Assembly (NCBI GenBank): GCA_963728595.1
Contig: CAVSLF010000003.1
Span: 1-47,611, forward strand
DNA from: an uncultured Nitrososphaeraceae archaeon
Lineage (GTDB): Archaea; Thermoproteota; Nitrososphaeria; Nitrososphaerales; Nitrososphaeraceae
Length of the DNA stretch: 47,611 bases
Reading direction: 5' to 3'
The translations under genes were made by a program, and so were the position numbers. Within the stretch, counting starts at the first letter, position 1; each line of letters starts with the position of its first letter. The notes beneath the pieces are model-generated. The model saw only the letters and a program-made list of their open reading frames with translations. It searched no databases and was not told where the DNA came from. Positions 18,951-28,741 of the stretch are shown here, piece after piece.

Positions 18951-19505
18951 TGATGCTAGCCTACAATAACGTTATCTAATTGTTTCACTTCGTTCATTGC
19001 TTATAAGGTCTCGGGCTATGCAGGTTACGCAATACTAATTTTTTAGTATTCTTCTCCCAAACTGCAGAAGTCAAATCTTCACAGCAATTAACAGATACAC
19101 AAGAATTTGTAAAGAAAAAGTTCGCTCAGGTGGAAGATATCAGTATCTTGAGTTCGCCAATTAGTCCATTTTAAGATACTTATCTTCATGCCGGCGGAAT
19201 CAGGTAACCATCATAGTCACTCGAATCTTATCTAAACAAGAAAGAAAAATACGAAAGTACTGATCCCCCCACCTGCCGCATCTTCGAAATTGCGATTATC
19301 ATCACATTACTGAAAGGGAATCTCTTGTTACATTAGAAGCCAATTTAGAAGAAGGATTTCACGTCGTACTTGTGCTAGCCAGATTATTCTGATTAAAAAC
19401 TCCGATTCTCGACATGGTATACTATCTTTAGGCGCACTGGCGGACTGGCGGACTGGAGAATTGGTCACAGACGTTTATTAATCATTATGCCTTATAGAAG
19501 TTAGA

Positions 19506-19769
19506 ATGGGAACTTCTGGAAATAAGGACATTGAGAACAAAGACAATGCGCAAGAAGAAAATGTCAGTCAATGGGCAGAACTGATAACACAAGTTGTCGA
19601 TAAAATAACTGGCAAAGATGTTTCTATCACATATCGGTTTGACAATTTGGAAATTAATGTGCCCAAGGCAACTGGTCCTAAGGGCCAGAATCTGGGTAGC
19701 GCCAAATGGAACATAAATGGTAAAGTTGTAATACATAGTCAGTTGGAAAATAAAGACAGTCGCAAATAA
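19506..19769 (+). CDS. Archaeal-type hypothetical protein
   Basis: WAELITQVVDKITGKDVSITYRFDNLEINVP...SAKWNINGK; forms a two-gene unit with the next ORF (8-bp gap). Confidence 0.7.
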   Translation: MGTSGNKDIENKDNAQEENVSQWAELITQVVDKITGKDVSITYRFDNLEINVPKATGPKGQNLGSAKWNINGKVVIHSQLENKDSRK

Positions 19770-19777
19770 CGTATAAG

Positions 19778-20194
19778 ATGTCCGACAAATTTCTAACTGA
19801 AGAGGACCCAATAATTAACAACCTAATAAATTTGATAAAAGTACCTAAAGGAAGTGTCACCGTCAAGACAAATGATACGCCAGCATTCTCATTAGAATTC
19901 CAAGGTGATAAAGTATTACTTGATATTACTGATGCCTCGTTTTTCAATTTTGGAGAGGAGAGTGACGATATCGGATTATTTTCGAAGCTAAAAACAGCAA
20001 AGAAACTAGCTCAAGTCCTAACTGACAATCACCTGACACTTTCTATTCTCCGAAAAGGTAAAGAAGCCTTAAGTCTTGGATACGAAACGCATCCTACGCT
20101 CTCGCGATTGATAACCGGCAGTGGTGATATTCAAATAGATAGTGTGAAAGAAGTTGCCAAGCTAAAACATGATGTTGATAAAGACGAGAAGTAG
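19778..20194 (+). CDS. Archaeal-type hypothetical protein
   Basis: 138-aa ORF with KLAQVLTDNHLTLSILRKGKEALSLG...PTLSRLITGSGDIQIDS; operon-like with the preceding gene. Confidence 0.7.
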   Translation: MSDKFLTEEDPIINNLINLIKVPKGSVTVKTNDTPAFSLEFQGDKVLLDITDASFFNFGEESDDIGLFSKLKTAKKLAQVLTDNHLTLSILRKGKEALSLGYETHPTLSRLITGSGDIQIDSVKEVAKLKHDVDKDEK

Positions 20195-20368
20195 CTTACT
20201 AATGACCGGTATTATTTCCACTATTATTAGTGATAACGAACAGAACCTGAATTAAATTCAAATCTTATTCTACAGCCCCTACATAGTGCTTATTTTCGTA
20301 CGTCCAATACATCTTGTATAAAGGCATACAATTATGCAATAACAAAACTTGCCAACAATTATTTCTCC

Positions 20369-20497
20369 CTACATATCATGTTTTTCTTTTTGATGCTCTC
20401 CCAATTCATCTAGGCTCTTGAACTTCATTTTGCACAAATCACATACCAACGGATTCAAATTGGAATCGTCGTAGTCTACTCCAGGTTCACCTTGCAT
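20369..20497 (-). CDS. C2H2 zinc-finger microprotein, 42 aa (not in ORF track)
   Basis: MQGEPGVDYDDSNLNPLVCDLCKMKFKSLDELGEHQKEKHDM*: C-x2-C-x3-F-x5-L-x2-H-x4-H. Confidence 0.7.
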   Translation of the reverse strand: MQGEPGVDYDDSNLNPLVCDLCKMKFKSLDELGEHQKEKHDM

Positions 20498-20615
20498 ATA
20501 ATAGACAGTACGTCATTTCTAATAAATATAGCAATCATATTATCGAGTCACGGTGCTGAAGATGACGATATTAAATAAACAGATAAGGGGGAATCGATGA
20601 CACTTATGCTCATAT

Positions 20616-20948
20616 ATGATTAAATTCTCGGTAAATGTACCTAAATGTATTGAACAGTGGGCTCAAGTTGCAGTCGATTGTAAGGGTGACCCCAAGTGTA
20701 TAGGCATCGCTTGCAAACAATTGCGCGAATGTCTTGATGCAATATTTCCACCATCAGGAAATATTGAAGCTGAAAAAGACAAAATCAATTATATCTTCTC
20801 TTCTGTTTTTCTACTTAGCAACAGGCTTGCGAAAGCAACCATAGCTTTGGCTGAATTGGATGTTGCTTTCACGAGTAATTTACAAGAAACAGAAAAAACT
20901 GAGAATATGAAGAAGATAATTGACGAAATAATTTCTAAGTATTTTTAA
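20616..20948 (+). CDS. Hypothetical protein, Cys-rich N-terminal half
   Basis: 110-aa ATG ORF with five Cys followed by an amphipathic helical region. Confidence 0.6.
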   Translation: MIKFSVNVPKCIEQWAQVAVDCKGDPKCIGIACKQLRECLDAIFPPSGNIEAEKDKINYIFSSVFLLSNRLAKATIALAELDVAFTSNLQETEKTENMKKIIDEIISKYF

Positions 20949-21137
20949 AGTCAAGAACTGGTCATGTTGAATTGACCGGCATTAGTTATTTGCAAAACCG
21001 CACAGTTGAAATTGGGAGGAGCCAACCAACGAATTAGTATTTTTAATAATGTCCCAAGCGGCATTAGATTTGGCAGAGCCTATAATTTGAAAGCTAAGTG
21101 AGATAAGCAATATTGTAGAATAACCTTTGAGCATAGA

Positions 21138-21500
21138 GTGAAGGGATACCAAAAACTTACGCTGATTACCGCAATACTCGGATTAGTTGTTCTAGTACCT
21201 ATCATAGTTGGTTACGTGTATTTCAATAGTCTAATCGGATTTCCCATATTAGGGCTTTTTCTTGGTGGAATTTTACTTCACGTGTTTGTTCTACTTCTTG
21301 TTAATGCTGCCAGTCTCTATGTTGCCTTCAGAATAAAGAATACGAAGTTGGCAGGTATCTTGTTGATAGTATGCGGAGTGGTCATACTGGCAGCGGCTAC
21401 TTACTTGGGAATTCAGTCTTTCGTTTTATTCTGTATTGCTGGAGTACTTGCCTTAAAAGAGAAACAGACATTTTCCGCCTTAATCCACAACAAGGATTAG
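21138..21500 (+). CDS. Hypothetical four-TM membrane protein
   Basis: Four hydrophobic segments; KLAGILLIVCG. Confidence 0.7.
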   Translation: MKGYQKLTLITAILGLVVLVPIIVGYVYFNSLIGFPILGLFLGGILLHVFVLLLVNAASLYVAFRIKNTKLAGILLIVCGVVILAAATYLGIQSFVLFCIAGVLALKEKQTFSALIHNKD

Positions 21501-21681
21501 TAGGAAGGGACATTTCGGGTTTGATTGACAATATTTCGAATGAATTCCGACCAATCGATATTCAGTCAGATTACTTGTATAATAGGAAACTGCAAGGAAA
21601 GTTTTCGTTTTAAAATATCAACTTGTAAGGGAGAAAAGATATAGCACTCGGGGTCTATACCTAAAACCTGAGGCGTCAGAA

Positions 21682-21999
21682 TTGAGTGAAGATTTTGTTA
21701 AGGTTGCTGAGTCAAAAGACATTGGACCTTCAACTATGAAAGCAGTTAGTGTAGCAGACGAAAAAGTTTGTATCATTAATATCGAAGGAAATTATTATGC
21801 AATTGGAAATGTCTGTACCCATATGGGAGGACCCTTAAATGAAGGAACACTCGAAGGATTTGAAGTTCAATGTCCTTGGCATGGTTCCAAATTTGATGTT
21901 AGGACTGGCGAACCGACAAAGCCTCCCGCAAGGCAAGCAGTTTCATCATATGAAGTGAGGATTCAAGATAATAATATACTAGTCAGAAAACAAAAATGA
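21682..21999 (+). CDS. Rieske-type [2Fe-2S] ferredoxin (dioxygenase ferredoxin-like)
   Basis: CTH ... CPWHGSKFD motifs. Confidence 0.93.
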   Translation: MSEDFVKVAESKDIGPSTMKAVSVADEKVCIINIEGNYYAIGNVCTHMGGPLNEGTLEGFEVQCPWHGSKFDVRTGEPTKPPARQAVSSYEVRIQDNNILVRKQK

Positions 22000-22548
22000 A
22001 GACGGGTTAAACTTTGTAAAAACGATGTCGAATCCATATCAACAACAAAGCCTTTCCTGTATAACCTACTGAATTCTAAAGACTTTTTTAAAGTATCTTT
22101 CAATTAGAGGTTTTTCTACAAGAGAGAGGGAATTGGAGGGGCGTGTCCTTTGTTATTATAGAGACGTCATGGTATTCAAAAGATTGGAGTCTCCCTCAGT
22201 TTAGTTAGTATTTTATTTATAGTGTTTTGTGATGATGTGATTTATGACTGAGGAGAAGGAATATTTGGAATCTGTTAGGAGGGATAATCAAGAGGCCGCC
22301 GAGGCTCAGGAGAAAAAAGAAAGAAGGAAGAAACGTAATAAAAATAAAACTTGATTGCTATCACTACTAAGCACGGAGTTGAGAAACAAGAAGTTCTTGA
22401 CTTTTTAGAATTAGTTAAAACAGACGAGTCATACAGTGGGCTCAGGAAAGCAAAGTGGCTCCAAGGATAGACAGACGCAAACTATTGCCAATCAATAGTC
22501 AGGTAGGATGAATAAAAGACTAAAGTCGTAAGGAAGTCTTTATAGAGT

Positions 22549-23160
22549 ATGTCACAAGCTCAATCCTTAGGGAAAACACCAAGGCAGTCTCAATACGACA
22601 TTAATCCCTTATTACTCCACAGATGGTCACCCAGGGCCATGTCGGGGGAGGAAATTTCGGATACTGAGTTGATGCGTTTATTTGAAGCGGCTAGGTGGGC
22701 TCCCTCATCATACAACGGCCAACCTTGGAGATTTATTTATGCGAAAAGAACCTCTGAACCCTGGGATAAACTGTTTAATCTGCTGGTTGATTTCAATAAA
22801 TCCTGGGCAAAAAATGCTGCAGTCCTGGTGGTTATAATATCAAGAAAAAATTTTGAACATGACGAGAAACCATCTGTAACCCACCAATTTGATGCTGGTG
22901 CTGCTTGGGAAAATTTGGCATTACAAGGAGAAACGCAAGGTCTAGTAACACATGGGATGCAGGGATTTGATTACGAAAAAGCCAGGCGGGACCTTTCAAT
23001 TCCAGCTACATTCGATGTTCTGACGATGGTAGCAATAGGCAAACCAGCCCCAAAAGAAATCCTACCTACTGACATTCAGCAAAGAGAACAGGCTTCTGAT
23101 AGAAAGCCATTATCAGAAATAATAATGGAAGGGCAGTTTAAAGAACTATCCGGTATTTAG
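22549..23160 (+). CDS. Nitroreductase-family protein
   Basis: RWSPRAM, AARWAPSSYNGQPWRF, DAGAAW, HGMQGFD, RKPLSE. Confidence 0.93.
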   Translation: MSQAQSLGKTPRQSQYDINPLLLHRWSPRAMSGEEISDTELMRLFEAARWAPSSYNGQPWRFIYAKRTSEPWDKLFNLLVDFNKSWAKNAAVLVVIISRKNFEHDEKPSVTHQFDAGAAWENLALQGETQGLVTHGMQGFDYEKARRDLSIPATFDVLTMVAIGKPAPKEILPTDIQQREQASDRKPLSEIIMEGQFKELSGI

Positions 23161-23458
23161 CTGCACGGCCAATTCGGGTTGGGAATGAAAAGATAGTAGT
23201 AATCTCAGCAGTTATTTAATTAACTACTACTTAGAATTCGAGATTTATCATCATATACACAATTAACTATGGTTAGCTATCCAGTGTGTTTACTAATCTT
23301 GCTTGAAATATGTTTTTGAAACAAAATTACATATAATTTAAGAAATACAGTATTCGAGAAAGTTTGTTTAGTTTTTACATTAGTCAATCAACTTTACCGA
23401 TTATCCTTCACCGAACAAATTCGAATTAGGAGTGGTGGGTAGTTAACCTGTACCGATG

Positions 23459-23713
23459 TCAATCATCAGACATCATGGCGTTGTTGGCTTGCGTTGTATT
23501 GTAAACTCCCCTGATATTCTGGCTGACGTTTCCATTAGCCGAAGTATCGGTCAAATCTGTCAAATTATTTAATACAGAGGTTTTATTCATTTCGGTCGAG
23601 TTTGTCATATTCATTGGTGAACTCGAATTTTGTGCCGTTACGGTGCTCGACATAGAAAATACACCGCAGAAAAATATTGCTGTAAGGTAAGCAAGAGTCA
23701 ACTCCTTTCTCAT
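23459..23713 (-). CDS. Small secreted Asn/Thr-rich protein
   Basis: Signal peptide; many N-x-S/T sequons (NSS, NMT, NST, NKT, NLT, NVS, NTT). Confidence 0.65.
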   Translation of the reverse strand: MRKELTLAYLTAIFFCGVFSMSSTVTAQNSSSPMNMTNSTEMNKTSVLNNLTDLTDTSANGNVSQNIRGVYNTTQANNAMMSDD

Positions 23714-23860
23714 TATTTGTTAGTAGCTACTATTAATAATAATGGTTATAATAATTTTCTGCTGGACGACGCTGAATTATTATCATTTGATTAACCGTGT
23801 TTAGAAATAATAGCTTTAAGAAAAAATAGAAATTAGTATTTCGATTTGGTTGGCTGCTCT

Positions 23861-23989
23861 ATTGCAAAGCCTGAAGGTATTAACAAACATCGTGTAAAAT
23901 CCCTCACGGATGGAGCCTTTGCCATAGTGATGACTCTGTTAGTGTTGGAGATTCCTGTACCGAAGTGCATTTCAATAACTGAAGGTTAA
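23861..23989 (+). pseudogene. N-terminal relic of a TMEM175/DUF1211 potassium channel
   Basis: KHRVKSLTDGAFAIVMTLLVLEIPVP matches the TM1 signature RxxxFSDGVFAIxxTLLVLEIxVP; stop after about 42 codons. Confidence 0.7.
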
Positions 23990-24455
23990 AACTACAGAAA
24001 TGTCAGTTTATTAATTTCGAGAGGCCAAGTAGTTAATGTGTACGCTTCATACAGTTAAATTCTATGTTGTCTATATGATTTTGTTCTTCCAAGAACAACC
24101 ATACAACTGGTGGAGGTTCTATAAATGGTAGCTCCCTCCAACAGCTTGTTGCTAAGAAATTGAAACTCCTTTTTGAATTTGCATATAATTTATTTAAAAG
24201 GTAATCTTGCAGACTGCACGCTGATAAAATATACGCAGGTTTAAAAAAGTTTAGGAAAAATGATTTGATATGATTTGAAAATAAAAACTACTAAAAAGGG
24301 TCTGGTAAATTCCAGTGGAGAAATTGTACAGGAACGTCAATTTTTCCAAATTATAAATTTAATTTAAACCTATGGGATTTTTTCAAGATAGAGTTAAAAA
24401 CGGGTTGAGGGGTCGATATGGAATAGGAGCTTCACCTCACGAACTGATTTTGGAC

Positions 24456-24827
24456 TCAATCCACACAAGTCCCTGAGACTGCTACCTTCTTGAATAAATG
24501 CGGTAACATTACAGTATTTGGGAGAACGTCAGCCATGCTCGAACGAAATTCTTGTCTATTGAATGCTTGTTTAAAATGCTTTGCAGACTCCCAAACGACG
24601 TAATTAAAGAATGTATTACTCCCTCCAATACCATGATGCAACTGAGCAGAGATAAACCCCGGCTGTTTTTTGAACATTTCAGTTGTAAGAGAAAATACTT
24701 TCAAGAACTCATCAGTATCTTCCGGTTTTACAGTAAACTTGTTTAATAGGATAACTGGACCTACATCTTCTTCAAGTTGGGTTTTTAAGGTAACACTCTC
24801 ATCCATTTCAACAATTGTTACCATCAC
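24456..24827 (-). CDS. Antibiotic biosynthesis monooxygenase (ABM) family protein
   Basis: GPVILLNKFTV, KQPGFISAQLHHGIGGS, NYVVWES, PHLFKKVAV. Confidence 0.9.
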   Translation of the reverse strand: MMVTIVEMDESVTLKTQLEEDVGPVILLNKFTVKPEDTDEFLKVFSLTTEMFKKQPGFISAQLHHGIGGSNTFFNYVVWESAKHFKQAFNRQEFRSSMADVLPNTVMLPHLFKKVAVSGTCVD

Positions 24828-25376
24828 AGTTCTATGCTGACTTTGTTATTTGAGCCTTCGGATACTATAAGATTTAAGATTTCATGAACATTTCAAAAGA
24901 GGTTAACAAAGATAAGGAACTAAGAACTAATAATATAGTCTATTAAGTTACTCCTAACGGATTGGAAGGTTATTTTGAACATATTTCCTCTTCCTCTCCG
25001 TTAATTCAGATTGACTTGTATCTTAACTAAATATAAGTAGACCCAGAAAGACAGAAACAAAAGTTGGTGGGCCTAAGAATATTTAGGATGGTTACGAGAC
25101 CTACCAACTATTTGTTATTGGATACCCCCTTATCCTGAAAAATACTACAGTCTGTTGTAACGGAAGATGGTAGTCTATGTGGAGCTAACTTAACTAAATA
25201 CCCACAAATGATATAGTCGTTTGATGATAAATAATTATGAACATATTAGACAAAATTCTGCTTTTTCTATCAGCTATATTATGTGGTCACTGTCGTAAAG
25301 AATTGTTAGAGCAAAGGCAAGAAAGGATTACGTAGAGGGTAAATAGGAACAAAGAATACGGGAACTCTTAACCACT

Positions 25377-25493
25377 TTACTCATGGTTTTCGATGTGAAG
25401 TATATAGCCATAGTTACCAGTATTCTTTTTTTCTACAACAATTAGAATTCCTTCCTCGCAGACTGGGCATATAACATGCTTTAACTGTGACAT
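25377..25493 (-). CDS. Possible CPxC zinc-binding microprotein, 38 aa (not in ORF track)
   Basis: MSQLKHVICPVCEEGILIVVEKKNTGNYGYILHIENHE*. Confidence 0.45.
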   Translation of the reverse strand: MSQLKHVICPVCEEGILIVVEKKNTGNYGYILHIENHE

Positions 25494-25618
25494 GATTTTA
25501 CAACCCCTGTCACCCAAATTTCAGTTATCACGGAAACTAAAGCAGAGACAACAAACAACTAGGAATAAGTGGTCTGTGGTGACCAATTGTATTATACGTT
25601 AATGAATAAGGTAGTTCA

Positions 25619-25723
25619 ATGTCACCGGATGAAAAAAAGCAGTACCGATGTGAGCAATGTGGAATCAATTTTGATTCACTCGAGGAATTCACTCTCCACG
25701 ATAAAGAAAAACATTTAGAATAG
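25619..25723 (+). CDS. C2H2 zinc-finger microprotein, 34 aa (not in ORF track)
   Basis: MSPDEKKQYRCEQCGINFDSLEEFTLHDKEKHLE*: Y-x-C-x2-C-x3-F-x8-H-x4-H. Confidence 0.7.
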   Translation: MSPDEKKQYRCEQCGINFDSLEEFTLHDKEKHLE

Positions 25724-26131
25724 ATTTCAAAAGTTTCACGTTGTTTGTGAAGTTTTGAAGTCGGATTTCGAAAGGTTAGGTATGAGTACCTTTTGGCGGT
25801 GCCGTCGTCTGGAGTACTACTGACGTCGATGGTGCGATAAGTCCTCTCATCTACATCCATCTGCCGTAGTTCTACTTTCTGTTGTGGAGTCATATAATCA
25901 GCGTTGAATAGATAGTCAAGAGGTTAGTCTCGACTGCGACTAATGTGCTTCAAATCAAACTACAAATTAAAAAGTGATTGGTTTTGTTCTTATCCACAGG
26001 ATGCCGCAGCCACCACCGCCCTTACCACAATCTATCAGACTCCTGTTGAATTCTTATCAGACAAAATAGTATGTAATTGTATATTAAAACCAATTCGAAA
26101 TTTATATCTGGTATACTTGTTCACGGGTACC

Positions 26132-26365
26132 GTGAAACCTAAGCCCAAATCAAAATCAAAATCAAAATCTAAACCAATGAAAAAGCCAAAGACAAAGAAG
26201 GGGAAGCCTCTTAAAAGTAAATCTAGTCCTACAGTCAGGCCTATATTTAGAACAGTAACTGAAACATTGAGCAAAGGAGGTACACGTTTTCTGAAAAGGA
26301 AGAAAAGGGTTCGAGTCGATAAAAATGATGAACACAACCAGACTAGTCACTCAACTACGTCGTGA
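26132..26365 (+). CDS. Small highly basic Lys/Ser-rich protein (start uncertain)
   Basis: KPKPKSKSKSKSKPMKKPKTKKGK...RFLKRKKRVR; includes an AAATCA tandem repeat near 26147-26170. Confidence 0.4.
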   Translation: MKPKPKSKSKSKSKPMKKPKTKKGKPLKSKSSPTVRPIFRTVTETLSKGGTRFLKRKKRVRVDKNDEHNQTSHSTTS

Positions 26366-27024
26366 ATTTAGATTTATTCTTAAACTAGTTGCTCACCGTC
26401 TTTAGCAATATAGCGCATGAAGGAAGGTACTCTATCGGTGGTGTATGGGTCCGATACTGCTGAACCCTCGAGTGTGTAAGCACCAAGAGGACCATTATCA
26501 CGTTCAATATCTTAATGGGAACTTATCAGGTCATTTTTACGCTAAGTCTTGCTATCTTTCTTTTCTGCCATTGTAGGATAATTATCTATAATTCTATTTT
26601 AGTTTTCAATTATGGCGTAACTATGAAATAGTTTGTTAGACGGTGCGTTGTAGGACCTAAACCGGTTCATTTGTACTGGCTGGAGGTTGCAGACTTCACC
26701 AACGCAACCTCTAGCCTTCTGGATTCTATTTTACTCCAGAAGCGTCTAGTGGTTCTGAGGAATCATCTGTTTTCTTAATTTCTCCCACTTCATATATGAC
26801 AAGTGCAGAATAATTGACGTGACTATGGCTCGGGACTGATTCGGCACATGAAGCATATTTTATGTCTATTAGTCTAATTTAGTATCCATTCCCTGTGTAT
26901 TACTCACCATCCATCTGTTGATTTCGTCTGTCAGTGAACCTATACTTTGTGAAGATGTATAACCTTCGGTTTGTATCATAAACAGACAATAAGAACCGTA
27001 TGATAAAACAGTTGGTATTAATAT

Positions 27025-27289
27025 TCAATCAATGGTCAGCATATAGAACCGTGTCGCTTCTTTCTCCTTGAGTTTGAACATCTGTGATGACAATCTAAAG
27101 GCGTCTAATACATTATAGTATGATGTATTAAATATGGCGATTAGAATGATATACATCAATAATACAACCATTTAACTCTAGTACTGTCTCCTTGTTACCA
27201 AAGAATTTCCCTAAGATTCCCTTCAAACGCTTTATTAGTTTAGTGGCAATATCGATATTAGGTCCTGTTACTATACACATCTGACTATT
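27025..27289 (-). pseudogene. Internally deleted relic of a probable viral terminase large subunit
   Basis: NSQMCIVTGPNIDIATKLIKRLKG...NKETVLELNGCIIDVYHSN joined out of frame to TSYYNVLDAFRLSSQMFKLKEKE. I recall both pieces from thaumarchaeal terminase-like proteins; unverified. Confidence 0.55.
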
Positions 27290-27610
27290 CCCTATGCTAC
27301 CGGAATGGTTTGTTTGTTTGTTGTGCATAGCCAGGCCATTAATCTTAACATACATTCAGTGACGCCTCATCCAGTGACTTGTGAACCGCATGGAATCGAC
27401 CCGATCACCCAGTTTAGACATTAACGCACTTCCGTATGCTTCAACAGTGCGGAGATATTGCCATATTCATTATAAAAATTTTTTAAAATAAAATAGGCTT
27501 AGGTAACCCAATTTACACGTGGTCAATCGCTTGTTCATTTCTCAATATTAACGCGGGCGAAATAATTGTGACGTCTTTCGGAGATGTGATTACTTCAGTG
27601 CAAGGTATGA

Positions 27611-28160
27611 CTACTTCCTTGTTTTATTTAAAATCTGTGGTAGCGAACCATCGCCGCATGTACCATTGGAAACTGGGTGATTACCATTGGTGCACGTTAG
27701 GTCTTCAATACTGAGCTGAAGCGGATCGGTACCATCATGACATTTACCGGTGGTAGAATTAGCCATAGTACCGTCAGCGCAGAGTGACACAATATTAGTA
27801 GTTGCCGGATTCATTTCATTTACGGGCTCACTAGTGGTAGGAACGGGATTAGCATGGATAACCAAAGGATGAGACCTGTCGGCACAAATACCATCCGCAT
27901 TAGGATGCATACCGTTATCACAAAGTAGGTCCTTAGTACCTAATAGCTCTATTTTCTACTATCACCGAAGAATTTGAAACTTGACCGAATACATCATTGG
28001 CTTTACCATTTGTGCTCAATGGAAACACTGAGGTGGTCATTGCGAACATCACGACACAAACCATAACTAATGCAATCTTGAAGTCTCTGTCTAATGCCAA
28101 GTATTGAACGAAGTTGTATACGCATTTATAAAGTTGTTTTTGGCTAGCCAAGATGCACAC
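27611..28160 (-). pseudogene. Secreted Cys-repeat protein split by a +1 frameshift near 27938
   Basis: The signal-peptide ORF (27933-28160) joins TKDLLCDNGMHPNADGICAD... if one base is removed. Three C-x-(D/N)-G-x6/7-G-x-C-x-D-x3-P repeats. Confidence 0.65.
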
Positions 28161-28741
28161 TACAAAATAAACACGAATTACAAATCAAGAACTTTGCGTA
28201 AATCAAAGTATTGTATCTCTAGTATTTCATCGTATATCACTAGTGCGAAACCTAGTCAATTTGTTCGCTCTGCCTCCATCATAGAAAATCCTCTTCAGTC
28301 TACTGTTATTACGAATAGAGAAATTCGTTTGTTCGCTAAATTCTTTTTTTTTATCACGGATTTCAATAATTTTAGAGTGCAGGAAACTCCATCTCATTAT
28401 CACCCACACGTGAAGTTAAGACTATCAGTACGTTCTTAATTTTATGTAAGGCTGTTACTATTTGCAATACTTATCCATTATTAACATAAAATAGTATTCT
28501 CATCATATTTATCAACTAGTAATATTGTCTAGAGGGTCTTGCCCCAATAAAATCCTCCTTGGAAAATGGAATCAATGGAAAGAACTATAGATAATGCGTA
28601 AGCCTTAATGCAAAACATGCAATATACATATCACATCTTTAAAATTAGTAACGTTAGCAGATTAGCCCAATCAGTCTAAATCATAATAATTTTCCGATGA
28701 ACTCAGCATGCTGACACGTGCAGGGCTATTTGAGCCGCTAC

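Noticed and set aside
19434..19456. ACTGGCGG short tandem repeat as a CRISPR or iteron
   Set aside because: Fewer than three units, no spacers, no cas or rep genes.
22244..22470. Two consecutive 36-39 codon ORFs upstream of the nitroreductase
   Set aside because: Could be microproteins or a decayed gene, but there is no motif to support a call.
24310..24323. TTCCAGTGGAGAAA resembling an archaeal ORB origin element next to an AT-rich tract
   Set aside because: Single imperfect copy, no G-string, and no cdc6/orc1 gene in the window.
25990..25998. Perfect bacterial DnaA box TTATCCACA
   Set aside because: Single occurrence in an archaeal context; compatible with chance.
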